Shown here: one piece after another, positions 1 through 12,371 of the stretch
Layout of the letters: every line of letters starts with the position of its first letter
Numbering within the stretch: the stretch's first letter is position 1
Program-made: the position numbers and the translations under genes
The notes under the pieces: model-generated
Told to the model about the DNA's origin: nothing
What the model saw: only the letters and a program-made list of their open reading frames with translations
Databases searched by the model: none
Assembly (NCBI GenBank): GCA_963786025.1
Contig: CAWAXK010000001.1
Span: 5,876 to 69,875, forward strand
Source of the DNA: an uncultured Alphaproteobacteria bacterium
Lineage (GTDB): Bacteria > Pseudomonadota > Alphaproteobacteria > Rhizobiales > Xanthobacteraceae
Length of the DNA: 64,000 nt
Direction of reading: 5' to 3'

Positions 1-305
1 TTGACGGTCTGCGTGCCGGAGACCATCAGCAGCGTGTAGCCGTCGGGCGCGGCCTTGGCGACGTAGTCGGTTCCGATGGTGGTTCCGGCGCCTGGCTTGT
101 TCTCCATGACGAAGGTCTGGTGCAGCGATTTGCGCAACTCCTCCGCGATGGCGCGGGTATAGACGTCGGTCGGCCCGCCGGCGCCGAACGGGACAATGAT
201 TCGAACCGGCCGCGACGGATAGTCGTCGGCCTTGGCCGGTGGTGCCCCGATAATGGCTGCAACCAGCAGAGCGAAAACGGCTGCGAAATGTCGCATGTGT
301 GTCAT
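1..305 (-). CDS. Tripartite tricarboxylate transporter substrate-binding protein (Bug/TctC family), 5' part; runs off the window edge
   Basis: Manual translation of the - strand from ATG 305: signal peptide, then DYPSRPVRIIVPFGAGGPTD...VMENKPGAGTTIGTDYVAKAAPDGYTLL, the typical Bug N-terminus. Not in the ORF track because it has no stop in the window. Confidence 0.9.
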   Translation of the reverse strand, partial: MTHMRHFAAVFALLVAAIIGAPPAKADDYPSRPVRIIVPFGAGGPTDVYTRAIAEELRKSLHQTFVMENKPGAGTTIGTDYVAKAAPDGYTLLMVSGTQTV

Positions 306-429
306 ACGTGGTTTCCCGATCTTTGCGCGTCGCGTCGCCCGTGCTGACTATCGAGGGCCGCTGACGGCTCGTCAATCGCTGCAATACGCGGATACGCCCA
401 CGCAAATCTGTGTGTTCCCTAATGTCGTC

Positions 430-458
430 TTGCCTCTCTTTGTGCGCTGCGCTAAGCC
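430..458 (+). promoter_or_regulatory. Possible sigma70-type promoter for the nuo operon
   Basis: TTGCCT-17 nt-TAAGCC about 140 nt upstream of nuoA; motif resemblance only. Confidence 0.3.
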
Positions 459-599
459 TCAACCGCTCCCGTCCTTGGCGTAATCACAGACGCGGCAAGG
501 GAAAATTTGTGCGGGGCTACGGCGCCTTTGAGAGCTGCCGAGCAGTCCGAGGCGAGCGAATTCCGGGTAAGGGGCTCGGGGCTATACGCTGAGGTCGCC

Positions 600-965
600 A
601 TGAGCGCACTGCTGCTGACGTATCTTCCGCTGGTCATTTTCGTAGCGATCGCGCTTGTGATCGCTCTGGTGCTGCTGATCGCGCCCTTCATCGTCGCCTA
701 CAAACAGCCGGACCCGGAAAAGCTGTCGGCTTACGAATGCGGGTTCAACGCCTTCGACGACGCGCGCATGAAGTTCGACGTGCGATTCTATCTGGTCGCC
801 ATCCTGTTCATCATCTTCGATCTGGAGGTGGCCTTCCTGTTCCCGTGGACCGTGGCGTTCCGCCAGATCGGCCTCTTTGGCTTCTGGTCAATGATGATCT
901 TCCTCGGCGTCCTCACCATCGGCTTCATATACGAATGGAAGAAGGGCGCACTCGAATGGGATTGA
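600..965 (+). CDS. nuoA: NADH-quinone oxidoreductase subunit A
   Basis: [37 protein letters not shown]; start moved to ATG 600 after GAGG. Confidence 0.97.
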   Translation: MSALLLTYLPLVIFVAIALVIALVLLIAPFIVAYKQPDPEKLSAYECGFNAFDDARMKFDVRFYLVAILFIIFDLEVAFLFPWTVAFRQIGLFGFWSMMIFLGVLTIGFIYEWKKGALEWD

Positions 966-972
966 TGGCCCG

Positions 973-1533
973 ATGACACTCGTCGCACCAGCGCCGCAAG
1001 GAATTCTCGATCCGCGTACCGGCAAGCCGGTCGGCGCCGACGACGAATTTTTCGTCGGCGTCAACAACGAACTCGCTGACAAAGGTTTTATCGTCACCGC
1101 CACCGATGAGTTGATCACCTGGGCGCGCACCGGCTCGCTGATGTGGATGACGTTCGGTCTCGCCTGCTGCGCGGTCGAAATGATGCACATGGCGATGGCT
1201 CGCTATGACTGCGAGCGCTACGGCTTCGCGCCACGCGCCTCACCGCGCCAGTCCGACGTGATGATCGTTGCCGGCACGCTCACCAACAAAATGGCGCCGG
1301 CGATGCGCAAGGTCTACGACCAGATGCCGGAGCCGCGCTACGTCATCTCGATGGGGTCGTGCGCCAACGGCGGCGGCTACTATCACTACTCTTATTCGGT
1401 GGTGCGCGGCTGCGACCGCGTCGTCCCGGTCGACATCTACGTACCCGGCTGTCCGCCGACCGCCGAGGCGCTGCTTTACGGCGTCATGCTGCTGCAAAAG
1501 AAGATCCGCCGTATCGGCACAATCGAGCGTTGA
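973..1533 (+). CDS. nuoB: NADH-quinone oxidoreductase subunit B
   Basis: [40 protein letters not shown]. Confidence 0.97.
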   Translation: MTLVAPAPQGILDPRTGKPVGADDEFFVGVNNELADKGFIVTATDELITWARTGSLMWMTFGLACCAVEMMHMAMARYDCERYGFAPRASPRQSDVMIVAGTLTNKMAPAMRKVYDQMPEPRYVISMGSCANGGGYYHYSYSVVRGCDRVVPVDIYVPGCPPTAEALLYGVMLLQKKIRRIGTIER

Positions 1534-1547
1534 GCGGGGGTCTTCGA

Positions 1548-2165
1548 ATGGACGAGATGCTCGACCGGCTTGGAGCAACGATCAAGAACGCGCTTCCCGC
1601 GTCGGTCACCGGCTATGAAGTCGCCTACGGCGAACTCGCGGTCACGGTGCAGGCCGCCGACATCGTCAAAGTCGCGACCTTCCTGCGCGACGACGCGGCC
1701 TGTCAGTTCGTCAGCATCATTGACATCACCGCGGTCGACCGGCCGAGCCGCGAGCGGCGTTTCGATGTGGTCTATCATCTGCTCTCGCCGCGGCTGAACC
1801 AGCGCATCCGCGTGAAGGCGCCGACCGACGAAGTGACGCCGGTGCCGTCGCTGATCGACGTGTTCCACGGCGCCGATTGGTACGAGCGCGAGGCCTTCGA
1901 TCTTTACGGCGTGCTGTTTACCGGTCACCCGGACATGCGGCGCCTTCTCACCGACTACGGCTTCGAGGGCCATCCGCTGCGCAAGGATTTCCCGCTCACC
2001 GGGTTCGTCGAGGTGCGCTACGACGACGAGCAGAAGCGCGTGGTCTACGACAAGGTAAAGCTGGCGCAGGAGTTCCGCACTTTCGACTTCCTGTCGCCGT
2101 GGGAAGGCACCGATTACGTGCTGCCGGGCGACGAGAAGGCGAAGGGCGAAGGCAAGGGGTCGTGA
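1548..2165 (+). CDS. nuoC: NADH-quinone oxidoreductase subunit C
   Basis: [33 protein letters not shown]; start at ATG 1548. Confidence 0.96.
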   Translation: MDEMLDRLGATIKNALPASVTGYEVAYGELAVTVQAADIVKVATFLRDDAACQFVSIIDITAVDRPSRERRFDVVYHLLSPRLNQRIRVKAPTDEVTPVPSLIDVFHGADWYEREAFDLYGVLFTGHPDMRRLLTDYGFEGHPLRKDFPLTGFVEVRYDDEQKRVVYDKVKLAQEFRTFDFLSPWEGTDYVLPGDEKAKGEGKGS

Positions 2166-2170
2166 CGTAA

Positions 2171-3361
2171 ATGGCGGAAACCGCGCTACGCAACTTCACC
2201 ATCAATTTCGGGCCGCAGCATCCGGCCGCGCACGGCGTGCTGCGCATGGTGCTGGAACTCGACGGCGAAGTCGTCGAGCGCGTCGATCCGCATATCGGAC
2301 TGCTCCATCGCGGCACCGAGAAGCTGATCGAACACAAGACGTATATGCAGGCGGTGCCCTATTTCGACCGGCTCGATTATGTCGCGCCGATGAATCAGGA
2401 GCACGCCTTCTGCCTGGCGGCCGAAAAGCTGTTGGGCGTCCAATTGCCCAAGCGCGGCCAGCTTATTCGCGTGCTGTTTTCCGAAATCGGGCGGCTGCTT
2501 TCGCACATCCTCAACATCACGACGCAGGCGCTCGACATCGGCGCGCTCACGCCGCCGCTCTGGGGCTTCGAGCAGCGCGAGTATCTTATGGCGTTCTACG
2601 AGCGCGCCTCGGGCGCCCGCATGCACGCGGCCTATTTCCGCGTCGGCGGCGTACATCAGGACATCCCGAACAAGCTGATCGACGACATCGAGGCCTTTTG
2701 CGATCCGTACTTGAAATTCTGCGACGATCTCGAGGGGCTGCTTACTGAAAATCGCATCTTCAAACAGCGCACCGTCGACATCGGCACGGTCAAGCTGGCC
2801 GATGCCTGGAACCGCGGCTTCTCCGGCGTGATGGTGCGCGGTTCGGGCGCGGCCTGGGATCTGCGCAAGGCGCAGCCCTATGAGTGCTACGCCGAAATGG
2901 ATTTCGACATCCCGATCGGCAAGAACGGCGACAGCTACGATCGCTACTGCGTGCGCGTCGAAGAAATGCGCCAGTCGATAAAAATCATGCGTCAATGCGT
3001 GGAGAAGCTGCGCAGTCCGGAGGGGCAAGGCCGCGTCTCGGTCGACGACGGCAAGATCGTGCCGCCCAAGCGCGCCGACATGAAGCGCTCGATGGAAGCG
3101 CTGATCCAGCATTTCAAGCTCTATACCGAAGGCTTCCACGTGCCGGCCGGCGAAGTCTATGCCGCGGTCGAAGCGCCCAAGGGCGAGTTCGGCGTGTTCT
3201 TGGTCTCCGACGGCACCAACAAGCCATACAAGTGCAAGATCCGCGCGCCGGGCTTCGCGCATTTGAGCGCGATGGATTTCATGTGCCGCGGTCACATGCT
3301 GGCCGACGTGTCCTGCATCATGGGCACGCTCGACATCGTGTTCGGGGAGATCGATCGATGA
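2171..3361 (+). CDS. nuoD: NADH-quinone oxidoreductase subunit D
   Basis: [40 protein letters not shown]. Confidence 0.98.
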   Translation: MAETALRNFTINFGPQHPAAHGVLRMVLELDGEVVERVDPHIGLLHRGTEKLIEHKTYMQAVPYFDRLDYVAPMNQEHAFCLAAEKLLGVQLPKRGQLIRVLFSEIGRLLSHILNITTQALDIGALTPPLWGFEQREYLMAFYERASGARMHAAYFRVGGVHQDIPNKLIDDIEAFCDPYLKFCDDLEGLLTENRIFKQRTVDIGTVKLADAWNRGFSGVMVRGSGAAWDLRKAQPYECYAEMDFDIPIGKNGDSYDRYCVRVEEMRQSIKIMRQCVEKLRSPEGQGRVSVDDGKIVPPKRADMKRSMEALIQHFKLYTEGFHVPAGEVYAAVEAPKGEFGVFLVSDGTNKPYKCKIRAPGFAHLSAMDFMCRGHMLADVSCIMGTLDIVFGEIDR

Positions 3362-3987
3362 GTGTTCGTCGTCTCGCCCCGCCGGAACAGCAGCCGAAGG
3401 ATTTCTCCTTCAGCAAGGAAAACCTGGCTTGGGCCAAGCAACAGATGGCCAAATATCCGGAAGGCCGCCAGCAATCGGCGATCATCCCGCTGTTGTGGCG
3501 CGCGCAGGAGCAGGTAGGCGGCTGGCTGCCGGAAGCGGCCATCCGTCACGTCACCGAATTGCTCGGCATGGCGCATATCCGCGGGCTGGAAGTCGCCACC
3601 TTCTACACGATGTTCAATCTGACGCCGGTCGGTAAGGTTCACGTGCAGTTGTGCGGCACCACGCCGTGCCGGCTGCGCGGCGCTGACGATCTGGAGCACG
3701 TCTGCCGCAAGCGCATCGGCGACCAGAACCACGTTACCGCCGACGGCCAGTTCTCCTGGGTCGAAGTCGAGTGCCTGGGCGCTTGCGTCAATGCACCGAT
3801 GGTGCAGATCGGCTCCGACTACTACGAGGACCTGACGCCGGAAAGCTTCGGCAAAGTGCTCGACCAGTTTGCCGCCGGCAAGACGCCGAAACCAGGTCCG
3901 CAGACGGACCGGCAATTGTCGGCGCCGGCAGGCGGGCCGATCACGCTCACCGACAAATCGATTTACGCGGCACGCTCACGGGAATGA
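3358..3987 (+). CDS. nuoE: NADH-quinone oxidoreductase subunit E
   Basis: MSVRRLA start with ATGA overlap of the nuoD stop; [25 protein letters not shown] (2Fe-2S). Confidence 0.96.
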   Translation: MSVRRLAPPEQQPKDFSFSKENLAWAKQQMAKYPEGRQQSAIIPLLWRAQEQVGGWLPEAAIRHVTELLGMAHIRGLEVATFYTMFNLTPVGKVHVQLCGTTPCRLRGADDLEHVCRKRIGDQNHVTADGQFSWVEVECLGACVNAPMVQIGSDYYEDLTPESFGKVLDQFAAGKTPKPGPQTDRQLSAPAGGPITLTDKSIYAARSRE

Positions 3988-3990
3988 CGA

Positions 3991-5301
3991 ATGCTCGCTG
4001 ACAAAGACCGCATCTTCACAAATCTCTACGGCCTGCACGACTGGGGCCTCAAGGGCGCACGCGCGCGTGGCGCCTGGGACGGCACCAAGGCTATCCTGGA
4101 AAAGGGCCGCGACGGCATCGTCAACGACGTCAAGGCGTCGGGCCTGCGCGGCCGCGGCGGCGCCGGTTTCCCGACCGGGCTGAAGTGGTCGTTCATGCCC
4201 AAGACGCTGGGCGAGCGGCCGCATTATCTCGTGGTCAATGCCGACGAATCCGAGCCCGGCACCTGCAAAGACCGCGAGATCATGCGGCACGATCCGCATC
4301 TGTTGGTCGAGGGCTGCCTGATCGCCGGCTGCGCCATGGCGGCGCACACCGGCTACATTTATGTGCGCGGCGAGTTCATTCGCGAACGGGAGCGGCTGCA
4401 GGCGGCGATCGATCAGGCCTACGAGGCCAAGCTGATCGGCAAGAACAATGTGCACGGCTGGGATTTCGATCTCTATGTGCACCATGGTGCCGGCGCCTAT
4501 ATCTGCGGCGAGGAAACCGCGCTGCTCGAAAGCCTGGAAGGCAAGAAGGGCCAGCCGCGCCTGAAGCCGCCGTTCCCGGCCAATGTCGGCCTCTATGGCT
4601 GCCCCACCACCGTGCAGAACGTCGAGTCGATCGCAGCGGTGCCCGACATCATGCGGCGGGGTGCTGCTTGGTTCGCCGGCATCGGCCGGGCGAACAATAC
4701 TGGTACCAAGCTGTTCTGCATTTCCGGTCATGTCGCGAAGCCGTGCAACGTGGAAGAGGCCATGGGCATTCCGCTGCGCGAGCTCCTGGAGACCCATGCC
4801 GGCGGCGTGCGTGGCGGCTGGGACAATCTGCTCGCGGTCATTCCCGGCGGTTCCTCGATGCCGCTGGTGCCGGCAGGCGCCGACCAGGCCGATACGCTGC
4901 TGATGGATTTCGACGGCTGCCGCGACAAGAAGTCCGCGCTCGGCACCGCCGCGGTGATCGTGATGGACAAGTCCACCGACATCATCCGCGCGATGGCGCG
5001 CATCTCCTATTTCTACAAGCACGAAAGCTGCGGCCAGTGCACGCCCTGCCGCGAGGGCATGGGCTGGATGTGGCGCGTGCTCACCCGCATGGCGGAAGGC
5101 CGCGCGCAGAAGCGCGAGATCGACATGCTGATGGAAGTCACGACTCAGATCGAAGGGCACACAATTTGCGCCTTCGGCGACGGCGCCGCCTGGCCGGTGC
5201 AGGGCCTGCTGCGGCATTTCCGTCCCGAGATCGAGCGGCGCATCGACGAATACACGCGCAACGCCGACGCCCATGGCGCGGTACGCGAAGCGGCCGAGTA
5301 G
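3991..5301 (+). CDS. nuoF: NADH-quinone oxidoreductase subunit F
   Basis: [55 protein letters not shown]. Confidence 0.98.
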   Translation: MLADKDRIFTNLYGLHDWGLKGARARGAWDGTKAILEKGRDGIVNDVKASGLRGRGGAGFPTGLKWSFMPKTLGERPHYLVVNADESEPGTCKDREIMRHDPHLLVEGCLIAGCAMAAHTGYIYVRGEFIRERERLQAAIDQAYEAKLIGKNNVHGWDFDLYVHHGAGAYICGEETALLESLEGKKGQPRLKPPFPANVGLYGCPTTVQNVESIAAVPDIMRRGAAWFAGIGRANNTGTKLFCISGHVAKPCNVEEAMGIPLRELLETHAGGVRGGWDNLLAVIPGGSSMPLVPAGADQADTLLMDFDGCRDKKSALGTAAVIVMDKSTDIIRAMARISYFYKHESCGQCTPCREGMGWMWRVLTRMAEGRAQKREIDMLMEVTTQIEGHTICAFGDGAAWPVQGLLRHFRPEIERRIDEYTRNADAHGAVREAAE

Positions 5302-5328
5302 GAAAGGGCCGGCTCGTGGAGCAAAACA

Positions 5329-5559
5329 ATGTCGTGGGAAAACCGGAATTTGAGGTGCTTCAACTGCAGATCCTGGTGGCCGACCGCGGAAGGCGCGGGC
5401 GGCGAGCCAAGCCGCGAACGTTCGATTCTCGGGCAGTGCCGGCATCAGGCGCCGCCTTCCATGGTGTTCGATGTGCCGGAGCACGCCCGGCACTACCCGG
5501 GCTGGGTGACTACCAAGCGGGATGATTGGTGCGGGCAGCACGCGCACCGGGAAATGTGA
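5329..5559 (+). CDS. Small Cys/Trp-rich putative metal-binding protein (CxxC...GxC...WC) inserted in the nuo operon
   Basis: 76 aa, co-directional, fills the nuoF-nuoG gap; GGAG 7 nt before the ATG; C10, C13, C37, C68. Confidence 0.75.
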   Translation: MSWENRNLRCFNCRSWWPTAEGAGGEPSRERSILGQCRHQAPPSMVFDVPEHARHYPGWVTTKRDDWCGQHAHREM

Positions 5560-5600
5560 GTGAGTGGCGACGCCGGACCAGATGAATTGAAGAAGAAGAC

Positions 5601-7670
5601 ATGACCAAGCTTATTGTCGACGGCAAAGAGATCGACGTTCCGCCGGAGTACACGCTGCTCCAGGCCTGTGAAACCGCCGGCGCGGAAATCCCGCGCTTCT
5701 GTTTCCATGAACGGCTATCGATCGCCGGTAATTGCCGCATGTGCCTGATCGAAGTGCAGGGCATTCCGAAGCCGCAGGCCTCCTGCGCCATGGGCGTGAA
5801 GGACTTGGCGCCCAACAAGGACGGCACGCCGAAGCAGCTTTTCACCAAGACTCCGATGGTGAAAAAGGCGCGCGAAGGCGTCATGGAATTCCTGCTGATC
5901 AACCATCCGCTCGATTGCCCGATTTGCGATCAGGGCGGCGAATGCGATCTGCAGGACCAGGCTATGGCCTATGGCGTGGACGCCAGCCGCTACGCCGAGA
6001 ATAAGCGCGCGGTCGAGAACAAATATATCGGCGCGCTGGTCAAGACCATCATGACGCGCTGCATCCACTGCACGCGCTGCATCCGGTTCACCACCGAAGT
6101 CGCCGGCGTGCCGGAACTCGGCGCCATTGGCCGCGGCGAGGACATGGAGATCACCACCTATCTCGAGCAGGCGATGACCTCGGAGCTGCAAAGCAACGTG
6201 GTCGATCTCTGCCCGGTGGGCGCGCTCACCTCCAAGCCCTATGCGTTCGCGGCGCGGCCGTGGGAACTCAACAAGACGCAGTCGGTCGACGTCATGGACG
6301 CGCTCGGCTCAGCGATCCGCATCGACACGCGCGGCCGCGAGGTCATGCGCATCCTGCCGCGCACCAACGACGACGTGAACGAGGAGTGGATTTCCGACAA
6401 GACCCGCCACATCGTGGATGGCCTGCGCACGCAGCGGCTCGATCAACCTTATGTGCGTGAGAACGGCCGCCTGCGGCAGGCCACTTGGAAAGAGGCCTTC
6501 GCGGCCATCGCCGACAAGGTGAAGGCGGCGGGCGGAAAGCGCATCGGCGCCATCGTCGGCGATTTGGCGGGCGCCGAAGAGATGTACGCGCTCAAGGATA
6601 TGCTCGGCCGTCTCGGCAGCGCCAATATTGACGCGCGGCAGGACGGCGCAGCGCTCGATCCGGCCTTGGGCCGCGCCAGCTATCTGTTCAACGCGACGAT
6701 TGCCGGCATCGAGAAGGCCGACGCGCTGCTGATCATCGGCTCCAATCCGCGGCGCGAGGCGGCGGTGCTCAATGCCCGCATTCGCAAGCGCTGGCGCGCC
6801 GGCAATTTCCCGATCGGGCTGATCGGCGAAAAGGCCGACCTGACCTATCAATACGATTACCTCGGCGCTGGCGCGGAGAGCCTCGCCAATCTCGGCAAGA
6901 GCAAATTCGCCGAAGCGCTGAAGGCTGCCCAACATCCGCTCATTCTGGTCGGCGCCGGCGCGCTGGCGCGTGCGGACGGCGCAGCCATTGCCTCGCTCGC
7001 CGCCAAGACGGCGATCGAGTTCGGCGCGGTCAAGGACGGCTGGAACGGTTTCAGCGTCTTGCACAATGCCGCGTCCCGCGTGGCCGCTCTCGATCTCGGC
7101 ATGGTGCCGGGGGCGGGCGGTCTCGACGCCGCGCATATGGCGGAGGGCGGCGTCGGCGTGCTGTTCCTGCTCGGCGCCGACGAGATCGAAATCGCACCCG
7201 GGCCGTTCGTGGTCTATATCGGTACCCACGGCGACCGCGGCGCTCATCGCGCCGATGTGATCCTGCCCGGTGCCGCTTATCCGGAAAAATCGGCGCTCTT
7301 CGTCAATACCGAAGGCCGTGTGCAGATGGCCAACCGCGCCGCGTTCCCGCCAGGCGACGCGCGCGAGGATTGGGCGATCCTGCGCGCTCTGTCCGGGGTG
7401 CTTGGTCAAACGCTGCCGTATGACTCGCTGCCGCAGTTGCGCCAGGCGCTGTTTGCCGCGCACCCGCATTTCATGCGCCTCGACCAGATCGCCCCCGGCG
7501 ATGCCGCCGATATTGGCAAGCTCGCCAAGCTCGGCGGCGCGGCGGACAAGGCGCCGCTGTTCTCGGCGGTCAGCGAATTTTATCTCACCAATCCGATCGC
7601 GCGCGCCTCCGCGACCATGGCCGAGTGTTCGGCCCTGGCCAACGCGGCCACCAAGACGGCGGCGGAGTAG
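5601..7670 (+). CDS. nuoG: NADH-quinone oxidoreductase subunit G
   Basis: [49 protein letters not shown]. Confidence 0.98.
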   Translation: MTKLIVDGKEIDVPPEYTLLQACETAGAEIPRFCFHERLSIAGNCRMCLIEVQGIPKPQASCAMGVKDLAPNKDGTPKQLFTKTPMVKKAREGVMEFLLINHPLDCPICDQGGECDLQDQAMAYGVDASRYAENKRAVENKYIGALVKTIMTRCIHCTRCIRFTTEVAGVPELGAIGRGEDMEITTYLEQAMTSELQSNVVDLCPVGALTSKPYAFAARPWELNKTQSVDVMDALGSAIRIDTRGREVMRILPRTNDDVNEEWISDKTRHIVDGLRTQRLDQPYVRENGRLRQATWKEAFAAIADKVKAAGGKRIGAIVGDLAGAEEMYALKDMLGRLGSANIDARQDGAALDPALGRASYLFNATIAGIEKADALLIIGSNPRREAAVLNARIRKRWRAGNFPIGLIGEKADLTYQYDYLGAGAESLANLGKSKFAEALKAAQHPLILVGAGALARADGAAIASLAAKTAIEFGAVKDGWNGFSVLHNAASRVAALDLGMVPGAGGLDAAHMAEGGVGVLFLLGADEIEIAPGPFVVYIGTHGDRGAHRADVILPGAAYPEKSALFVNTEGRVQMANRAAFPPGDAREDWAILRALSGVLGQTLPYDSLPQLRQALFAAHPHFMRLDQIAPGDAADIGKLAKLGGAADKAPLFSAVSEFYLTNPIARASATMAECSALANAATKTAAE

Positions 7671-7675
7671 CGGCC

Positions 7676-8734
7676 ATGGAACTCACCGAATTCTTCTGGA
7701 CCTATCTCTGGCCCTTCATCATCATCCTGGCGGAATGCCTGTTGCTGCTGGTGTGCCTGCTGGTCGCCATCGCCTATGTGATTTATGCCGACCGCAAGAT
7801 CTGGGCGGCGGTGCAGATGCGGCGGGGCCCTAACGTGGTCGGGCCTTGGGGCCTGTTCCAGTCCTTCGCCGACATGCTGAAATTCGCGCTCAAGGAGCCG
7901 ACGATCCCGGCCGGCGCCAACAAAGGCGTGTTCCTGCTGGCGCCGCTGGTGTCGACCACGCTGGCGCTTGCCGCTTGGGCGGTCATTCCGGTGAATGTCG
8001 GCTGGGCGATCGCCGACATCAATGTCGGCGTCCTGTACATCTTCGCAATCTCCTCGCTCATGGTCTACGGCATCATCATGGCCGGCTGGGCGTCGAATTC
8101 GAAATATCCGTTCCTTGCGGCGTTGCGCTCGGCGGCGCAGATGGTGTCCTACGAAGTCTCCATCGGCTTCGTCATCATCACCGTGCTGCTGTGCGCGGGC
8201 TCGCTCAATCTGACTACCATCGTTACCGCGCAGCAGAACGGGCTGGCGAATATGCTCGGCCTGCCTTGGCTCGGCTTCTTGAACTGGTACTGGCTGCCGC
8301 TGTTCCCGATGTTCATCATCTTCTTTGTCTCGGCGCTGGCGGAGACCAACCGCCCGCCGTTCGATCTGGTGGAAGCGGAGTCCGAACTCGTCGCCGGTTT
8401 CATGGTGGAATACGGTTCGACGCCCTACGTCTTGTTCATGCTCGGCGAATACGTGGCGATCTGCACCATGTGCGCCATGGGCACCATCTTCTTCCTGGGC
8501 GGCTGGCTGCCGCCGATCGCCGTTGCGCCCTTCACCTGGGTGCCGGGCGTGATCTGGTTCGTGCTCAAGGCGTCGATGCTGTTCTTCATGTTCGCGATGG
8601 TGAAGTCGATCGTGCCGCGCTACCGCTACGATCAGCTGATGCGGCTCGGCTGGAAGGTGTTCCTACCGCTATCGCTGGCCATGGTGGTGATCGTGGCTGG
8701 CGTCATCCAATACGGCTTGCCGGCGATAAAGTGA
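7676..8734 (+). CDS. nuoH: NADH-quinone oxidoreductase subunit H
   Basis: [50 protein letters not shown]; start at ATG 7676. Confidence 0.97.
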   Translation: MELTEFFWTYLWPFIIILAECLLLLVCLLVAIAYVIYADRKIWAAVQMRRGPNVVGPWGLFQSFADMLKFALKEPTIPAGANKGVFLLAPLVSTTLALAAWAVIPVNVGWAIADINVGVLYIFAISSLMVYGIIMAGWASNSKYPFLAALRSAAQMVSYEVSIGFVIITVLLCAGSLNLTTIVTAQQNGLANMLGLPWLGFLNWYWLPLFPMFIIFFVSALAETNRPPFDLVEAESELVAGFMVEYGSTPYVLFMLGEYVAICTMCAMGTIFFLGGWLPPIAVAPFTWVPGVIWFVLKASMLFFMFAMVKSIVPRYRYDQLMRLGWKVFLPLSLAMVVIVAGVIQYGLPAIK

Positions 8735-8741
8735 GGATGCG

Positions 8742-9230
8742 ATGAGACTGGACCGCGCGGCCAAAGGCCTGTTCCTGAAGGAGTTCGTGACCGGCACGAT
8801 CCTCGGCCTGCGCTATTTCTTCGGGCCGAAGGCGACGCTCAACTATCCGGCCGAGAAGGGGCCGATCTCGCCGCGCTTCCGCGGCGAACACGCGCAGCGC
8901 CGCTATCCGAACGGGGAGGAGCGCTGCATCGCCTGCAAGCTGTGCGAGGCGATCTGCCCGGCGCAGGCGATCACCATCGAGGCGGGTCCGCGCCGCAACG
9001 ACGGCACGCGGCGAACCACGCGCTACGATATCGACATGGTCAAATGCATCTATTGCGGGCTGTGCCAGGAAGCCTGCCCGGTCGACGCCATCGTCGAGGG
9101 ACCGAATTTCGAATTCGCGGCGGAAACGCGCGAGGAGCTTTACTACGACAAGGAGCGGCTGCTCGCGAACGGTGACCGCTGGGAGCGCGAGATCGCCAAG
9201 AATCAGGCGCTCGACGCGCCTTATCGATGA
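8742..9230 (+). CDS. nuoI: NADH-quinone oxidoreductase subunit I
   Basis: Two 4Fe-4S motifs, [12 protein letters not shown] and [12 protein letters not shown]. Confidence 0.98.
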   Translation: MRLDRAAKGLFLKEFVTGTILGLRYFFGPKATLNYPAEKGPISPRFRGEHAQRRYPNGEERCIACKLCEAICPAQAITIEAGPRRNDGTRRTTRYDIDMVKCIYCGLCQEACPVDAIVEGPNFEFAAETREELYYDKERLLANGDRWEREIAKNQALDAPYR

Positions 9231-9245
9231 AGATTTGCAGGTGAG

Positions 9246-9869
9246 ATGATGATCGTCGCCGCGTTATTCTTCTATCTCTTTGCCGGCATTTGCGTGGCGA
9301 GCGCCTTCATGGTGATCGCGGCGAGAAACCCGGTTCATTCCGTGCTCTATCTCATCCTCGCCTTCGTCAACGCGGCAGGGTTGTTCGTGCTGCTGGGCGC
9401 CGAATTCCTCGCCATGATCCTGATCGTGGTCTATGTCGGCGCGGTCGCGGTGTTGTTCCTGTTCGTGGTGATGATGCTCGACGTCGATTTTGCCGAGCTC
9501 AAGCAGGGCGCGCTGCAATACTTGCCGATCGGCATGCTGATCGGCGGCATTTTCCTCGCCGAGCTCTTGCTGGTGGTCGGCGCCTGGGCGATCGGTCCGG
9601 GAGTTCCGCACGCGATCACCGCGCCGATCGCGGCCAACGTGTCGAATATCGAGGTGATCGGCCTCGTGCTCTACACCCGCTACGTCTATTTCTTCGAAGC
9701 CGCCGGCATGATCCTGCTGATCGCCATGATCGGCGCCATTGTGCTCACCTTGCAACACCGGGTGCGCGTCCGCCGGCAGAACATTCCCGAGCAGGTCGCG
9801 CGCACGCCGGCAACCGCGATGACCATCGTCAAGGTGCGGTCGGGGCAGGGTCTGGGGAGCAATACATGA
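9246..9869 (+). CDS. nuoJ: NADH-quinone oxidoreductase subunit J
   Basis: [31 protein letters not shown]. Confidence 0.96.
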   Translation: MMIVAALFFYLFAGICVASAFMVIAARNPVHSVLYLILAFVNAAGLFVLLGAEFLAMILIVVYVGAVAVLFLFVVMMLDVDFAELKQGALQYLPIGMLIGGIFLAELLLVVGAWAIGPGVPHAITAPIAANVSNIEVIGLVLYTRYVYFFEAAGMILLIAMIGAIVLTLQHRVRVRRQNIPEQVARTPATAMTIVKVRSGQGLGSNT

Positions 9870-10174
9870 CCATCGGCCTCGGACATTATCTCTCGGTTGC
9901 TGCGATCCTGTTCACGCTCGGGATTTTCGGCATCTTTCTCAACCGCAAGAACGTGATCATTATTCTGATGTCGATCGAGCTGATCCTGCTGGCGGTCAAC
10001 ATCAACCTGGTCGCTTTCTCCAGCCATCTCGGCGACATCGTCGGCCAGATCTACGCACTGTTGGTGCTCACGGTGGCGGCGGCGGAAGCCGCCATCGGGC
10101 TCGCCATCCTCGTGGTCTATTACCGCAACCGCGGTTCGATCGCGGTCGAAGACATCAATCTGATGAAGGGCTAA
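9866..10174 (+). CDS. nuoK: NADH-quinone oxidoreductase subunit K
   Basis: MTIGLGHYL start overlapping the nuoJ stop; [23 protein letters not shown]. Confidence 0.96.
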   Translation: MTIGLGHYLSVAAILFTLGIFGIFLNRKNVIIILMSIELILLAVNINLVAFSSHLGDIVGQIYALLVLTVAAAEAAIGLAILVVYYRNRGSIAVEDINLMKG

Positions 10175-10223
10175 GCGCAGGATCGAGAAAATTGAGAACC
10201 GGTTTTCGAACCAGATCATGCGC
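10175..10223. repeat. Rhizobiales-type short intergenic palindromic repeat, copy 1
   Basis: GCGCAGGATC...AACCGGTTTTCG...GATCATGCGC with complementary ends, between nuoK and nuoL. Confidence 0.75.
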
Positions 10224-10241
10224 CAACGGAAAATAGCTTAG

Positions 10242-12314
10242 ATGTATCAGGCAATCGTCTTCTTACCCCTGCTCGGCGCCATTTTGGCCGGGTTGATTGC
10301 GCTCGTGGGCGCGCGCGCGCGCTGCCCCGGCGAGGGGCCGCCGCCGGGCTTGGAAGAGGGGGCGGTCGCTGCCGCTCACGCTACCCATGCCGAGCATGGG
10401 CACGCCGCGCACGGCCATGATGCGCACGATGCGCATGCGGCGGGACCTGCTGCCGCCGGATCGCGCATGGCGGAATTGATCACCACCACGCTGCTGCTGA
10501 TCCCGATGATCCTGTCGTGGATGGCCTTCGTCCAGGTCGGCTTCGGCCATCACGACGAACACGTGCCGGTCTTCACCTGGATTCTGTCGGCCGATCTGAA
10601 GATCGACTGGGCATTGCGCATCGACACACTCACCGCCGTGATGCTGGTGGTGGTGAATACGATCTCGGCCTTCGTGCACGTCTATTCCATGGGCTATATG
10701 GCAGAAGACCCGTACCGGCCCCGCTTCTTCGCCTACCTGTCGCTCTTCACCTTCTTCATGCTGATGCTGGTGACCGCCGACAATCTGGTGCAGATGTTCT
10801 TCGGCTGGGAGGGCGTCGGTCTCTCGAGCTATCTCTTGATCGGCTTCTGGTACCACAAGCCCGAAGCCAACGCCGCGGCGATCAAGGCCTTCGTGGTCAA
10901 CCGGGTCGGCGATTTCGGCTTCGCGCTCGGCATCTTCTCCTTGTTCGCCATGGTCGGTGCGATCGATTTCGACACCGTCTTTGCGCAGGCGCCGTCGCTC
11001 GTCGGCAAGACCATTCCGTTCTTCGGCTGGCATCCCGACGCACTCACGCTCATCTGCCTGATGCTGTTCATGGGCGCGATGGGCAAGTCGGCGCAGTTCC
11101 TGCTGCACACCTGGTTGCCCGATGCCATGGAAGGCCCGACCCCGGTTTCCGCGCTGATCCACGCGGCGACCATGGTGACCGCCGGCGTATTCATGGTGGC
11201 GCGCTTGTCGCCGCTGTTCGAACTGGCGCCCAACGCGCAGAGTTTCGTCATCTTCATCGGCGCCACCACTGCCATGTTCGCCGCGACCGTCGGGCTGGTG
11301 CAGAACGACATCAAGCGCGTCGTCGCCTATTCGACCTGCTCGCAGCTCGGCTACATGTTCGTCGCCATGGGCTCAGGCGCCTATTCGATCGGCATGTTCC
11401 ATCTGTTCACGCACGCCTTCTTCAAGGCGCTGCTGTTCCTCGGCTCCGGCTCGGTGATCCTCGCCATGCATCACGAGCAGGACATGCGGCACATGGGCGG
11501 CCTCAAGGACCGTATTCCGTACACCTATATCGTGATGATCATCGGCACCTTGGCGCTGACCGGGTTCCCGCTCACCGCCGGCTACTTCTCCAAGGACGCC
11601 ATCATCGAGGCGGTGTTCGTGGCGAAGAGCCCGATGGCCCTATACGGCTTCGTTTGCACGGTCGGCGCCGCGCTGCTCACCTCGTTCTACTCATGGCGCC
11701 TGATTTTCAAGACCTTCCACGGCGAGCCGCATGACCGCAAGCATTGGAAGGAAGCGCATGAGAGCCCGATGGTGATGTTGATCCCGCTCGGGTTCCTTGC
11801 CTTCGGCTCAATCATGGCCGGCTTGCCGTTCAAGGAGATCTTCGCCGGCCACGGCGTCGAGGGCTTCTTCCGCGAGTCGCTTGCCTTCGCCAAGAGCAAC
11901 ACCGTGCTCGAGGACATGGAGCATATCCCGCTCTGGATCGGACTGATGCCGACATTGATGATGGTGCTCGGCTTCGTCACCGCCTGGCACTTCTACATCC
12001 GCCGGCCGGATATCCCGGTCGAACTCGCGCGTCAGCACGAGGTGCTCTACAAGTTCCTGCTCAACAAGTGGTACTTCGACGAGCTTTACGAGCTGATTTT
12101 TGTGCGGCCGATGAAGTGGCTCGGGCACAGTCTGTGGAAGGGAGGCGACGGCTGGCTGATCGACGGCTTCGGCCCTGACGGCGTCTCGGCGCGCGTGCTC
12201 GACGTCACCCGCAACGTGATGCGGCTGCAGACCGGTTATCTCTATCACTACGCCTTCGCCATGCTGATCGGCGCGGCCGCCTTCATCACTTGGTTCATGT
12301 TCGCGGTGCATTAG
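10242..12314 (+). CDS. nuoL: NADH-quinone oxidoreductase subunit L
   Basis: [54 protein letters not shown]. Confidence 0.98.
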   Translation: MYQAIVFLPLLGAILAGLIALVGARARCPGEGPPPGLEEGAVAAAHATHAEHGHAAHGHDAHDAHAAGPAAAGSRMAELITTTLLLIPMILSWMAFVQVGFGHHDEHVPVFTWILSADLKIDWALRIDTLTAVMLVVVNTISAFVHVYSMGYMAEDPYRPRFFAYLSLFTFFMLMLVTADNLVQMFFGWEGVGLSSYLLIGFWYHKPEANAAAIKAFVVNRVGDFGFALGIFSLFAMVGAIDFDTVFAQAPSLVGKTIPFFGWHPDALTLICLMLFMGAMGKSAQFLLHTWLPDAMEGPTPVSALIHAATMVTAGVFMVARLSPLFELAPNAQSFVIFIGATTAMFAATVGLVQNDIKRVVAYSTCSQLGYMFVAMGSGAYSIGMFHLFTHAFFKALLFLGSGSVILAMHHEQDMRHMGGLKDRIPYTYIVMIIGTLALTGFPLTAGYFSKDAIIEAVFVAKSPMALYGFVCTVGAALLTSFYSWRLIFKTFHGEPHDRKHWKEAHESPMVMLIPLGFLAFGSIMAGLPFKEIFAGHGVEGFFRESLAFAKSNTVLEDMEHIPLWIGLMPTLMMVLGFVTAWHFYIRRPDIPVELARQHEVLYKFLLNKWYFDELYELIFVRPMKWLGHSLWKGGDGWLIDGFGPDGVSARVLDVTRNVMRLQTGYLYHYAFAMLIGAAAFITWFMFAVH

Positions 12315-12357
12315 CATGATCCCGAAAAGTGGAAACCGGTTTTCGGACAAGATCATG
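12315..12357. repeat. Rhizobiales-type short intergenic palindromic repeat, copy 2
   Basis: CATGATCCCGAAAAGTGGAAACCGGTTTTCGGACAAGATCATG, between nuoL and nuoM. Confidence 0.85.
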
Positions 12358-12371
12358 GGCAGAGAAAAACG

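Noticed and set aside
460..599. tRNA or riboswitch upstream of nuoA
   Set aside because: No cloverleaf, T-loop consensus or recognisable aptamer.
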